In this document: positions 35,166-43,641 of the stretch, piece by piece
Layout of the letters: every line of letters begins with the position of its first letter
Numbering within the stretch: position 1 is the first letter of the stretch
Assembly (NCBI GenBank): GCA_017635875.1
Contig: JAGBKP010000144.1
Coordinates: 1 to 49,940 of the forward strand
Length of the DNA stretch: 49,940 nucleotides
Direction: 5' to 3'
From: Selenomonadaceae bacterium
Lineage (GTDB): Bacteria; Bacillota; Negativicutes; Selenomonadales; Selenomonadaceae
Position numbers and translations under genes: made by a program
The notes under the pieces: model-generated
The model's input: only the letters and a program-made list of their open reading frames with translations
Database searches by the model: none
What the model was told of the DNA's origin: nothing

Positions 35166-36254
35166 ATGGCTGAAGTCGGCGAAAATAATGAAAACGAAGA
35201 ACGCGCAGGCAAAGAGAAAACATCAAAAACCGATAAGCGGATATTTTTCGCTATGGTAGCCGCGCTCCTAATTATTTTCTTTTTGATTTGCGGCTATATC
35301 GCGCATATTATAAACGCGCCGAAAAAAGAATCCGGCGCACCTCAAAAGCCTACCATCGGAATTATTCGTATAAAAGACGCGATAAAGTCACATAAATCTT
35401 ACGCAGATATTGAAAAGCTAAAAAGCGAATACGAGTCCGTTATGACGGAGATTATGGCTCTTTCCGCTCCGACGGAGATAAATGTCCCAAAAGTAGACGA
35501 CGAGCTCTTTAAAGATTCGGCAAGACAGAAATTATCTCAAACGATAGTGGATAAAATCGCGGCGCTTGAAGAAAAGCGCAGGGCGGCTGTGGAAAAATAC
35601 GCTAAAGACACCGAACCCGCTTATGAAAAAAAGAGAGCGGAGATAGACGCGCGCTATTTGACGGTTATAGCGGATTTGCGTATGAAACTCGATAATTCCG
35701 ATATACTTCGCTTATCGGACGCGAAAATAAACGAATTATCCGAGCAGTTGACCAAACTCCAACACGAGCGCGGCGACGCGCAGGAGGCGTTAAAGGCGGA
35801 ACGCGAGCAAGATATTTATAATTACGGCGAAAAAGTCATAAAGGAAATGGCAGGCGAAATCGCAACCGTTGACAAAGAGGCGCAAAAACTAATGTCGGAA
35901 GCCGCTTTAAAAGAAAGCGAAGTTACGGAACGCAATATGCGCCTGCTTGAAGAAGCTGCCGGCACGGGAAGAATAGTAAAGATAAGGGAAAAAGAAGCCG
36001 TTCTTGAAAAGCTGCGGGAAGAAATCGCCGAAAAAGAAGAACAGGTTTTAACGGATATTGCAAGTATTGCCGCAAAGTACGCTATGCAAAACGAACTTGA
36101 CATTGTGGTATCTGATACCGGGGTAAATATAAAATCCCTGTTGCCTGCGGAGTTTCAGCCGGCGGAAAACGAAAAATATTCGCGGGTAATAACCCTAAAT
36201 ACCCTTGATATAACAGATGATATAATACAGGATTTATTGATAGACGAAAGGTGA
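35166..36254 (+). CDS. Membrane-anchored long coiled-coil protein with OmpH/Skp-like ends, paralog 2
   Basis: 362 aa. TM anchor, IGIIRIKDAI start, an extended Glu/Lys-rich coiled coil, and a C-terminal NELDIVVSDTGV...DITDDIIQDL resembling the OmpH C-terminus. Confidence 0.5.
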   Translation: MAEVGENNENEERAGKEKTSKTDKRIFFAMVAALLIIFFLICGYIAHIINAPKKESGAPQKPTIGIIRIKDAIKSHKSYADIEKLKSEYESVMTEIMALSAPTEINVPKVDDELFKDSARQKLSQTIVDKIAALEEKRRAAVEKYAKDTEPAYEKKRAEIDARYLTVIADLRMKLDNSDILRLSDAKINELSEQLTKLQHERGDAQEALKAEREQDIYNYGEKVIKEMAGEIATVDKEAQKLMSEAALKESEVTERNMRLLEEAAGTGRIVKIREKEAVLEKLREEIAEKEEQVLTDIASIAAKYAMQNELDIVVSDTGVNIKSLLPAEFQPAENEKYSRVITLNTLDITDDIIQDLLIDER

Positions 36255-36255
36255 T

Positions 36256-36681
36256 ATGATGAAAAAAGCAACGCTTATTGTGGGAATTTTGATGTGTACG
36301 CTTCTTACGGGCTGCGGGCAGGTGAAAGTCGGATATATAAACGGCGAACGCATAACAAAAGAGGCTCCGCAGATAAAGGCGACAATGGATGAAGGCTCCA
36401 AGAAAATGCAAGAGGTGCAACAGGACCTCGTGAAGAAAATGGAAGAAAATCCCAATATGAGCCAAGAAGAATCCGAAAAACTTCAAACCGAAGCCCAAAG
36501 AAAGGCGATGGGCTACAGTCAGCAATATATTACCCAAGTACAACAAAAATTAAACGTCGCCCTTGAAGAAATCTCCAAAGAAAAGAAAATTGACGTTGTA
36601 CTGGACAACAGCGCTTACCAAAAATCCGTCTTCATGGGCGGCGAGGATTTAACCGACGAGGCTATTAAAAAATTACAGTAA
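36256..36681 (+). CDS. Skp/OmpH-family lipoprotein, paralog 3
   Basis: 141 aa. Lipobox LLTGC, VKVGYINGERI start, and C-terminal IDVVLDNSAY...DLTDEAIKKL. Confidence 0.7.
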   Translation: MMKKATLIVGILMCTLLTGCGQVKVGYINGERITKEAPQIKATMDEGSKKMQEVQQDLVKKMEENPNMSQEESEKLQTEAQRKAMGYSQQYITQVQQKLNVALEEISKEKKIDVVLDNSAYQKSVFMGGEDLTDEAIKKLQ

Positions 36682-36686
36682 AAACC

Positions 36687-36766
36687 TTACTTTCTTTTTC
36701 TCTTTTCTTTTTTGAAAAAAAGAAAAGAGAAAAAGAAAGTAACAAAGAAAAAGAGAAAAGAAAAAA
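36687..36766 (-). repeat. Tripartite pyrimidine/purine element, copy 4 (hairpin 36687-36742, mirror purine arm 36744-36766). Reads Ym-Y-R on the minus strand.
   Basis: Y arm TTACTTTCTTTTTCTCTTTTCTTTTTT pairs with R arm AAAAAAGAAAAGAGAAAAAGAAAGTAA. Arm AAAGAAAAAGAGAAAAGAAAAAA is the exact mirror of R. Starts 6 nt after the skp3 stop. Confidence 0.9.
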
Positions 36767-36821
36767 CTTTAATATAATTAAATTATGTACTTGAACATAT
36801 TTTTTGTCTTTTATATTAAAG

Positions 36822-36895
36822 TTCTTTTTCTTTCTTTCTTTTGGTAATTTTCTTTCTTTCTTTTTCTTTCAAGAAAAAGAAAGAAAGAAAAGTAC
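36822..36895 (+). repeat. Tripartite pyrimidine/purine element, copy 5 (Ym 36822-36842, Y 36848-36868, R 36871-36891)
   Basis: Ym TTCTTTTTCTTTCTTTCTTTT is the exact mirror of Y TTTTCTTTCTTTCTTTTTCTT. R AAGAAAAAGAAAGAAAGAAAA is the exact reverse complement of Y (2-nt loop). Confidence 0.9.
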
Positions 36896-36929
36896 GGTTT
36901 TGATATAAAACTTTAAGGATGTGGGGGCT

Positions 36930-37952
36930 ATGAGAAAGACATTGACCGAAATAGCGGCTTTTGTTGGCGGCGAAGTTGTCGGCGATGGCAATTTAGAAAT
37001 AGTTGGGCTTGAGTCTATTGAAGGCGCGGGGGAAAACGATTTAATTTTTGCCGTAGAGCCTCATATCGAAGAAGCGAAAGACAGCAAAGCCGCCGCCGTT
37101 ATGCTTGGTCGTCACATCGGCGAATTTCCGAAACCCACTATTAGGGTAGACGACCCAAGAGCCTCTTTTGCCAAACTTCTCGATATGTTTGCGCCGCGTC
37201 TTAATGTGCCCACCGAAATTAGCGACAAGGCGTATATAGGAAAAAATGTAACTATCGGAAAAGACGTTACGATTTATCCGCTTGCTATGATAGACGATAA
37301 CGCTATCATAGGCGATAGAGTCGTAATCTATCCGCATGCGTACATCGGACAGTATACAGAAATCGAATCGGACAGCGTGATATATCCGTCGGTCGTTATT
37401 CGCGAATATACGCATATAGGAAAGCGTTGCGTAATTCATAACGGCGCGTCGATAGGCGCGGACGGTTTCGGTTTTACCACCGCCGAAGGCGTGCATACGA
37501 AAGTGCCGCAGATTGGAAACATTATAATAGAAGACGACGTCGAAATCGGCGCAAACGTGGGCATAGACCGCGCAGCTATGGGGTCTACCGTTATAGGAAA
37601 AGGCACGAAGATAGATAATCTCGTGCATATCGGACACAACTGCAAAATCGGCGCAAATTGCTTAATAGTGGCGCAAACGGGAATTTCAGGTTCAACCGTC
37701 GTCGGCGACAACGTAACTTTCGGCGGACAGACGGGAACTGTCGGGCATATTAAAATCGGCGGAAATTCCACTTTTGCGGCGCGCTCGGGCATAACGAACG
37801 ACACGCCGGAAAATTATTTCGCGGCTGGTTTCCCCGCCCAGCCTCACGCGTCTTGGCTCCGCTTGAAAGCGTCGCTAAATCACGTGCCGGAGATGCGAAA
37901 AGAGTTGAAACGGCTTGCAAAAGTTGTTGAAGAACTTATAAAGGGCAAATGA
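36930..37952 (+). CDS. lpxD: UDP-3-O-acylglucosamine N-acyltransferase
   Basis: LbH hexapeptide repeats, the GADGFGF catalytic region, and IGHNCKIG. The ORF track starts at GTG 36921; the ATG at 36930 is equally possible. Confidence 0.9.
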   Translation: MRKTLTEIAAFVGGEVVGDGNLEIVGLESIEGAGENDLIFAVEPHIEEAKDSKAAAVMLGRHIGEFPKPTIRVDDPRASFAKLLDMFAPRLNVPTEISDKAYIGKNVTIGKDVTIYPLAMIDDNAIIGDRVVIYPHAYIGQYTEIESDSVIYPSVVIREYTHIGKRCVIHNGASIGADGFGFTTAEGVHTKVPQIGNIIIEDDVEIGANVGIDRAAMGSTVIGKGTKIDNLVHIGHNCKIGANCLIVAQTGISGSTVVGDNVTFGGQTGTVGHIKIGGNSTFAARSGITNDTPENYFAAGFPAQPHASWLRLKASLNHVPEMRKELKRLAKVVEELIKGK

Positions 37953-38818
37953 TGTTTGTATATTATTTTGCGAAACTGTGCGCGTTTTTCGCTTGCAAAT
38001 TGCCTTCTTCCGCGTGCGAAACAATCGGAAATATTTTGGGCGAAATCGCTTGGGCTGTTATTCCGAAATGGCGCAAAACTCTTGCCATAAATAACGCCAA
38101 GGACTGCTTAAACGTCGATGAAAAAAAAGCGGAAGACATAGCGAAAAAATCCACCACTCGTTTTGGCGCAATGGTTATGGAAGTTTTGCGCTTTTCCGTG
38201 ATAAAAAAAGATATAAAGAATTATGTGGAGCTTGTCGGCGGGGAATATTTGGCTGAAGCGGTAAAAGAAGGCAAAGGCGGCATAATCGCGACGGGACACA
38301 GCGGAAATTGGGAGCTTATGGGCGGCGCGCTCGCCTGCTACGGTTTTCCTCTCGTCGGGGTCGCGAAAAAGCAACGCGGCGCAGGCTCGGATAAATTCAT
38401 AAACGAGGAGCGGCGCGGCATCGGTATGCACATCACATATAAGGACGACGTGCGCGAAATGTATAAAATGCTCGAAAAGGGTTATTTTATCGGGCTTATT
38501 ATGGATCAAGACACCAATCGTCACGACGGCGTTGTGCTTAACTTTTTCAATCGCCCGACAAACTGCACGCCCGGGGCGGCAAGTATGGCGAGGTTTAAAA
38601 AGGTTCCGATTTTTCCCGGATTTATCCACAGAAAAGAGGACGGAACTCATATTATAACGATTTATCCTCCGCTTAAAATCGAATGGACGAAGGATAAGCG
38701 CGAGGATTTAAAGCGAGTTACGCAGGAAATAGTTACACTGACGGAAGAACATATAAAAAAATATCCCGAAGAATGGTTCTGGCTTCACGACAGGTGGAAG
38801 TCTATGCGGGACGATTAA
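37949..38818 (+). CDS. Lipid A biosynthesis late (lauroyl/myristoyl) acyltransferase, LpxL/HtrB family
   Basis: 289 aa. H(x)4E acyltransferase motif [10 protein letters not shown]-terminal [13 protein letters not shown] is typical of the family. Overlaps the lpxD stop. Confidence 0.8.
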   Translation: MMFVYYFAKLCAFFACKLPSSACETIGNILGEIAWAVIPKWRKTLAINNAKDCLNVDEKKAEDIAKKSTTRFGAMVMEVLRFSVIKKDIKNYVELVGGEYLAEAVKEGKGGIIATGHSGNWELMGGALACYGFPLVGVAKKQRGAGSDKFINEERRGIGMHITYKDDVREMYKMLEKGYFIGLIMDQDTNRHDGVVLNFFNRPTNCTPGAASMARFKKVPIFPGFIHRKEDGTHIITIYPPLKIEWTKDKREDLKRVTQEIVTLTEEHIKKYPEEWFWLHDRWKSMRDD

Positions 38819-38825
38819 ATTTATA

Positions 38826-38856
38826 GCCGCTCAAAGGAGCGGTTATTTTTTTGGAC
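38826..38856 (+). terminator. Rho-independent terminator
   Basis: CCGCTC-AAAG-GAGCGG followed by TTATTTTTTT. Confidence 0.75.
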
Positions 38857-38913
38857 TCTGCCCTACGGACTGCCGCAAGGGACTTACGCCCCTTGACCCC
38901 ATAATAAATATAT

Positions 38914-40056
38914 ATGGAGAAAATTGTTATGGTTGTTGCGAAATATTTTAAAAGAAATATAGATTTAACTCTTGCCGTTATATTCGCCTTTGTTACGGGA
39001 ATATTCGCGCCGCCCTCCCCTTTTGAAATAGCGGAGCGGCTGAATTTGCCGCTTTTGCTCTTGTTGATTTTTTTAATGTGCATCGTTGCAGGGCTGCGCG
39101 TTTCGGGCTTTTTTTCGGTCGTGTTTGAAAAATTTTTTCACGGCTACGTTAAAAGCGGTACGCTCTGTCGCTTTTTTATATTTTCCTGCTATTTTTCCTC
39201 TATGCTCATAACAAACGATGTCGCGCTTATTGTTTTTGTGCCGCTAGCAATATCTACGCTTACGGAGCTTCGCCGTATTCGTCTTATTGCGCCTACCGTC
39301 GTATGGCAGACTATCGCGGCAAATCTCGGAAGTATGCTTACGCCTATCGGAAATCCTCAAAACCTCTTTATATATTCAAGGTATAATTTAAATTTAGGCG
39401 AATTTTTAACCGTTACCGCGCCTTTCGTCGTTATAGGCGGCGTTTTAATCTATGTAGGCTCGCGATTTATCTTAAACGTTCGACTGAAACTTTCAAAACG
39501 CAGAGAAAAAGTTTTGCCTCGTAAAAAAATATTGTTTCTTATCGCTCTGTTCGCGCTTTGCATTTTACACGTTTTGCATATAGTGGATTTTTGGCTTCTC
39601 GCGATAATCGTTTTTCCCGCGATATATGTTGTCGACAAGAAACTTTTTCTCTTGGCGGATTATAAGTTGATTTTTCTTTTTGCCGCCCTTTTTGTGGGCG
39701 TCGGCAACCTTTCTCATATTCCGTTTTTCCAAAATATTCCCCAATACGTTTCGGGGAACGTATTTATAATATCTTTGCTTTTAAGCCAAATAATCTCGAA
39801 TGTTCCCGCCACCGTTTTGCTTGCGGAGTTTACGAACGAATATTCGCCTTTGCTTTTGGGCGTAAATATCGGCGGGCTTGGCACGATAATTGCGTCTATG
39901 GCGAGCGTCATCTCCTTTAAAGCGTATGTTGAAAGCAGATTTTGCAACCCCATTCATTATCTTAACATTTTTACGCTTTATAATGTCGCGATACTTTTAG
40001 TTTTGCTTTTGTACTATTATTTTCAGTTAAATTTTACAATGTTTTGGTATAAGTAA
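38914..40056 (+). CDS. ArsB/NhaD-superfamily (CitMHS-like) anion permease
   Basis: About 375-380 aa polytopic protein. ANLGSMLTPIGNPQNLFIYS motif typical of this superfamily. The ATG at 38929 (after GGAG) may be the true start. Confidence 0.68.
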   Translation: MEKIVMVVAKYFKRNIDLTLAVIFAFVTGIFAPPSPFEIAERLNLPLLLLLIFLMCIVAGLRVSGFFSVVFEKFFHGYVKSGTLCRFFIFSCYFSSMLITNDVALIVFVPLAISTLTELRRIRLIAPTVVWQTIAANLGSMLTPIGNPQNLFIYSRYNLNLGEFLTVTAPFVVIGGVLIYVGSRFILNVRLKLSKRREKVLPRKKILFLIALFALCILHVLHIVDFWLLAIIVFPAIYVVDKKLFLLADYKLIFLFAALFVGVGNLSHIPFFQNIPQYVSGNVFIISLLLSQIISNVPATVLLAEFTNEYSPLLLGVNIGGLGTIIASMASVISFKAYVESRFCNPIHYLNIFTLYNVAILLVLLLYYYFQLNFTMFWYK

Positions 40057-40084
40057 CAGGTCAAAATATTTTGTGGAGATAAAA

Positions 40085-41917
40085 ATGGGAAATTTAGAAA
40101 AACCAAAACTTTTGCTAAAAAAATATTTCGGCTTCGACAGTTTTCGTCCCGCGCAGGAAAAGGTTATTGAAAGTATATTAAAAGGAAAAGACACGCTCGC
40201 GCTTATGCCGACGGGCGCAGGGAAATCCGTATGCTTTCAAATCCCCGCGCTTATGTTTGACGGGCTTACCGTGGTTATTTCGCCTCTTATTTCGCTTATG
40301 AAAGACCAAGTAGATTCTCTAAACGCCGAAGGGATTCCCGCTACTTTTCTGAACGGGACTTTAAAGAGAGCGGAAATAAGCGACAGGATTGACGCGATAA
40401 TCGCGGGAAAATACAAACTTCTCTACATCGCCCCCGAACGGATGAGTTCGTATGATATGGAAAAAATACGGCAAAATCGCAAAATCTCTATGATAGTGGT
40501 GGATGAAGCGCATTGTATCAGCCATTGGGGACACGATTTTCGTCCGCATTACGCGGATATTTGCCGCTTTGTGAATATGTTTTTTCCGCGCCCCGTGGTT
40601 GCGGCTTTTACGGCTACGGCTACGCCAAAGGTAAGAGAAGATATTGCTTCTCTCTTGAAACTGCAAAATCCCGCCGTTCATATAAGCGGTTTTGATAGAC
40701 CCAACCTCTTTTTTAAAGTTTTGAGAAACATCGGGAAAAACGAATTTATATTGGATTATACGAAAAAACATAAGGGTTATTCGGGGATAATTTACGCCTC
40801 CACCCAAAAAGAAGTGGAAAAAGTGCATCTGTTTTTGATGCAGAACGGAATAAAAGCGGCGCGCTATCACGCGGGGCTTAGCGATATCGAAAGAACTCGC
40901 GCCCAAGACGATTTTATATTCGACAGAGCGGACGTTATCGTGGCTACCCTCGCTTTTGGTATGGGGATAGACAAGAGCAATATTCGCTATGTTATACATT
41001 ACAATATGCCAAAGAGCGTGGAAGGATATTATCAAGAAGCGGGCAGAGCGGGACGCGACGGCGAAAAAAGCGAGTGCATTCTCCTTTATTCGCCACAAGA
41101 CGTTGAAATTCAAAAATTCATAATAACGGCGGCGTCCGACGATTATGAAGTTGACCCCGAACGCGTCTCCGTAAATATGGGGCTTTTGCAAAAAATGGTG
41201 AATTATTGCCACACGCCGGGGTGTTTAAGGCATTATCTCCTCTCTTATTTTAACGATGACGAGGCAAAAACAAATTGCGGCAACTGCGGAAACTGTCTTG
41301 CCGATACCGAAGAAAGGGACATCACAACGGAAGCGCAGATGATACTTTCCTGCGTATACCGCATAAAAGAAAAAGCAGGCGTAACCTACGGCGCGTCCAT
41401 AACCGCCGACGTGCTCGCAGGCTCTAAAAGCGTAAGGGTGAGAAATTTAGGTTTTCAAACACTTTCTACTTACGGGCTTATGAAGGGAAAAAGCGTAAAA
41501 TTCATCAGAGAACTTATAAATACTCTAATGGCTATGGGTTATTTGGGGGCGACAAAAAGCGAATATCCCTCGTTATTTTTGACTGACAAAGCGGCAAAGA
41601 TGTTAAAGGAAAAAGAAAGAGTGATTTGCCGTATGAAAATCGAAAACAAAATTCCCAAAGAAAACGCAAAGATTACGGATGCAAGCTACGACGAAAGCGA
41701 CGAAACGACTGCTCTCTTTGAAAAGTTAAGGAAATTAAGAAAAGAAATTGCAGACAGCCAGCATAAGCCGGCTTTTATGATATTTTCGGACGCGACGCTA
41801 AAGTTTATAGCAAGCAAAAAGCCGCGCTCTTTAGCGGAATTTAGAGAGGTACAAGGCGTTGGCGAAAAGAAACTCGCGGAATTCGGAGAGACTTTTTTGC
41901 GTGCTATAAACGGATAA
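40085..41917 (+). CDS. recQ: ATP-dependent DNA helicase RecQ
   Basis: FRPAQEKVI, MPTGAGKS, and DEAHCISHWGHDFRP motifs, a zinc-binding Cys cluster, RQC, and a C-terminal HRDC domain (IFSDATL...GVGEKKLAEFG). ATG at 40085 after GGAG. Confidence 0.94.
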   Translation: MGNLEKPKLLLKKYFGFDSFRPAQEKVIESILKGKDTLALMPTGAGKSVCFQIPALMFDGLTVVISPLISLMKDQVDSLNAEGIPATFLNGTLKRAEISDRIDAIIAGKYKLLYIAPERMSSYDMEKIRQNRKISMIVVDEAHCISHWGHDFRPHYADICRFVNMFFPRPVVAAFTATATPKVREDIASLLKLQNPAVHISGFDRPNLFFKVLRNIGKNEFILDYTKKHKGYSGIIYASTQKEVEKVHLFLMQNGIKAARYHAGLSDIERTRAQDDFIFDRADVIVATLAFGMGIDKSNIRYVIHYNMPKSVEGYYQEAGRAGRDGEKSECILLYSPQDVEIQKFIITAASDDYEVDPERVSVNMGLLQKMVNYCHTPGCLRHYLLSYFNDDEAKTNCGNCGNCLADTEERDITTEAQMILSCVYRIKEKAGVTYGASITADVLAGSKSVRVRNLGFQTLSTYGLMKGKSVKFIRELINTLMAMGYLGATKSEYPSLFLTDKAAKMLKEKERVICRMKIENKIPKENAKITDASYDESDETTALFEKLRKLRKEIADSQHKPAFMIFSDATLKFIASKKPRSLAEFREVQGVGEKKLAEFGETFLRAING

Positions 41918-41943
41918 GAAACAAGAATATTTTGCGGCTCTCC

Positions 41944-41972
41944 TTGTCAATTTTCATATAAAATGATATACT
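41944..41972 (+). promoter_or_regulatory. Putative extended -10 sigma-70 promoter
   Basis: TTGTCA, 17-nt spacer ending in TGA, then TATACT. Confidence 0.5.
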
Positions 41973-42000
41973 GTATAAAAACGGACAAGAGGGTGAAGAA

Positions 42001-42315
42001 ATGCAAAAAGTAGCCTTAAGAGGAAGAGTATCGCAAACTGATTGGCGAGAGCGTTATTATGACGAAGCAACCGGCAATATGAAAGAGGATATACGGGAAT
42101 TAAAACAAGACGTAAAAGAGATAAAACAGGATTTAAATGCGTTTAAGACGGAGATGCGCGGAGAAATCAGAGATTTACGCGGAGAAATCGGAGATTTGCG
42201 CGGAGAAATCGGCGGTTTGCGCGAAAAAATCGACGGTATGTTTTGGAAACTTCTTCTTGGTATAAGCGCAATTTTAGGCGCGTTCTTAGGGTTTACAAAA
42301 TATTTTTCAGGTTAA
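42001..42315 (+). CDS. C-terminally membrane-anchored coiled-coil protein with heptad tandem repeats (Bdr/XhlA-like architecture)
   Basis: 104 aa. GEIRDLR-GEIGDLR-GEIGGLR repeats, then a hydrophobic tail WKLLLGISAILGAFLGF. Followed by a terminator. Confidence 0.6.
   Translation: MQKVALRGRVSQTDWRERYYDEATGNMKEDIRELKQDVKEIKQDLNAFKTEMRGEIRDLRGEIGDLRGEIGGLREKIDGMFWKLLLGISAILGAFLGFTKYFSG
42151..42236 (+). repeat. In-frame 21-nt tandem repeat (about 3.5-4 units) inside the coiled-coil gene
   Basis: GGAGAAATCAGAGATTTACGC / GGAGAAATCGGAGATTTGCGC / GGAGAAATCGGCGGTTTGCGC, with partial units on both sides. Confidence 0.85.
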
Positions 42316-42341
42316 GCGGGGAGCGTACCCCGCTTATTTTT
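42314..42341 (+). terminator. Rho-independent terminator
   Basis: AAGCGGGG-AGCGTA-CCCCGCTT followed by ATTTTTT. Confidence 0.8.
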
Positions 42342-42360
42342 TATCATAGGAGATGTATTT

Positions 42361-43548
42361 ATGCAAACAACGCCAAATTCAAACAGACTTCAAATAGGGC
42401 TTTTCGGCGTAAGAAACGCGGGGAAATCCTCGCTTTTAAACGCTGTCGTAAACGAAAATACGGCGACGGTCTCCGATATTCCCGGCACTACCACAGACCC
42501 TGTGCGACGCGCTATGGAACTTCCCAATATCGGCGCGACGCTCTTTATAGACACGGCTGGGATAGACGACGAAGGGGAACTCGGGAAATTAAGAGTGGAA
42601 AAAACGCTTGAAGCAGCAAAGAGAGTCGATATTGCCCTGCTTTTCTTTGACGAAAATAATTTTGACGCTATTATAAAATTTTTACCGAATTTAAAGAGCG
42701 CGAAAACCGTAGCCGTGATAAATAAAATCGACGAACTAAAGGATAAAGGCGAAAGCATAAGAGAAAAAATCAAACAGGCTACAAAACTTCCCGTTGTTTC
42801 CGTTAGCGCGAAAACACGAGAAGGAATAGACGATTTGCTAAAGGAAATACTTCGCGCCATGCCGGAAGACTTTGAAAGCGTTAGCATTACGGGAAATTTA
42901 GTAACTGCGGGCGACGTGGTTATGCTCGTTATGCCAGAAGACTCAGGCGCGCCGAAGGGCAGGCTTATCTTGCCGCAAGTCCAAACCATAAGGGAACTCT
43001 TGGATAAAAACGCGATTCCTATGTGTACGGTTGTGGAAAAAATCCCCGAAGCCTTAAAAAGCCTTAAAAATCCGCCCAAACTTATAATCACGGATTCGCA
43101 GGCGTTTAAGAGAGTTTACGAATTAACCCCTAAAGATACGCCGCTCACTTCGTTTTCAATACTTTTCGGGAACTATAAGGGAGATATAGATTTTTTTGTG
43201 AAATCCGCAAAAAAAATGCTCGAATTAAAAAAGGACGCAAGCATATTGATAGCGGAAGCCTGCGCTCATCGCCCGCTTGAAGAAGACATCGGAAGGGTAA
43301 AAATCCCCAAACTTTTAAGAAAAAAACTGGGCGACGATATAAAGATAGAATTTACGAACGGCGCGGATTTCCCAAAAGATTTGTCGCCGTACGACTTAAT
43401 AATTCACTGCGGCGCGTGTATGTTTAACAGAAGATACGTGCTTAAAAGAATCGAAGAAGCAAAAAGCCAAAACATCCCGATGACCAATTACGGCGTCGCT
43501 ATAGCCGCGCTTTTAGGCATTTTAGACAATGTGGTTTATCCTAATTGA
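42361..43548 (+). CDS. hydF: [FeFe]-hydrogenase maturation GTPase HydF
   Basis: 395 aa. G1 GVRNAGKSS, G3 DTAGIDD, G4 NKID, and C-terminal cluster-binding CAH...HCGACMFNRR. Confidence 0.85.
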   Translation: MQTTPNSNRLQIGLFGVRNAGKSSLLNAVVNENTATVSDIPGTTTDPVRRAMELPNIGATLFIDTAGIDDEGELGKLRVEKTLEAAKRVDIALLFFDENNFDAIIKFLPNLKSAKTVAVINKIDELKDKGESIREKIKQATKLPVVSVSAKTREGIDDLLKEILRAMPEDFESVSITGNLVTAGDVVMLVMPEDSGAPKGRLILPQVQTIRELLDKNAIPMCTVVEKIPEALKSLKNPPKLIITDSQAFKRVYELTPKDTPLTSFSILFGNYKGDIDFFVKSAKKMLELKKDASILIAEACAHRPLEEDIGRVKIPKLLRKKLGDDIKIEFTNGADFPKDLSPYDLIIHCGACMFNRRYVLKRIEEAKSQNIPMTNYGVAIAALLGILDNVVYPN

Positions 43549-43641
43549 TACAATTTTTGCAATATTTTGAAGGAATTTAAATATTTTATGTAGAATTTAA
43601 TATTAGGAATAATACGAAAATTTATTTTGGGGGGAAATTAT

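Noticed and set aside
28534-36895. Considered whether the repeated purine/pyrimidine elements are a CRISPR array or CRISPR remnants
   Set aside because: The copies are dispersed over 36 kb rather than regularly spaced. Each is an internal palindrome plus mirror arm with a different sequence. No cas genes are present.
38802-39083. 93-aa minus-strand ORF across the terminator and the permease start
   Set aside because: It spans an intergenic terminator and overlaps the permease N-terminus. It has a basic, low-complexity translation.
40361-41212. 283-aa ORF antisense to recQ. The same applies to 42390-43091 antisense to hydF, 38108-38650 antisense to the acyltransferase, 37041-37637 and 37436-37804 antisense to lpxD, 28626-29069 antisense to nth, 32382-32822 antisense to the DedA-like gene, and 36082-36546 antisense to the skp genes.
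   Set aside because: All lie inside genes with clear family signatures on the opposite strand. Their translations are low-complexity, Arg/Phe-rich or Ser-rich, and have no motifs. They are shadow ORFs.
42243-42611. 122-aa ORF spanning the terminator and the hydF start
   Set aside because: It crosses a strong terminator hairpin, overlaps hydF out of frame, and has an Arg-rich shadow composition.
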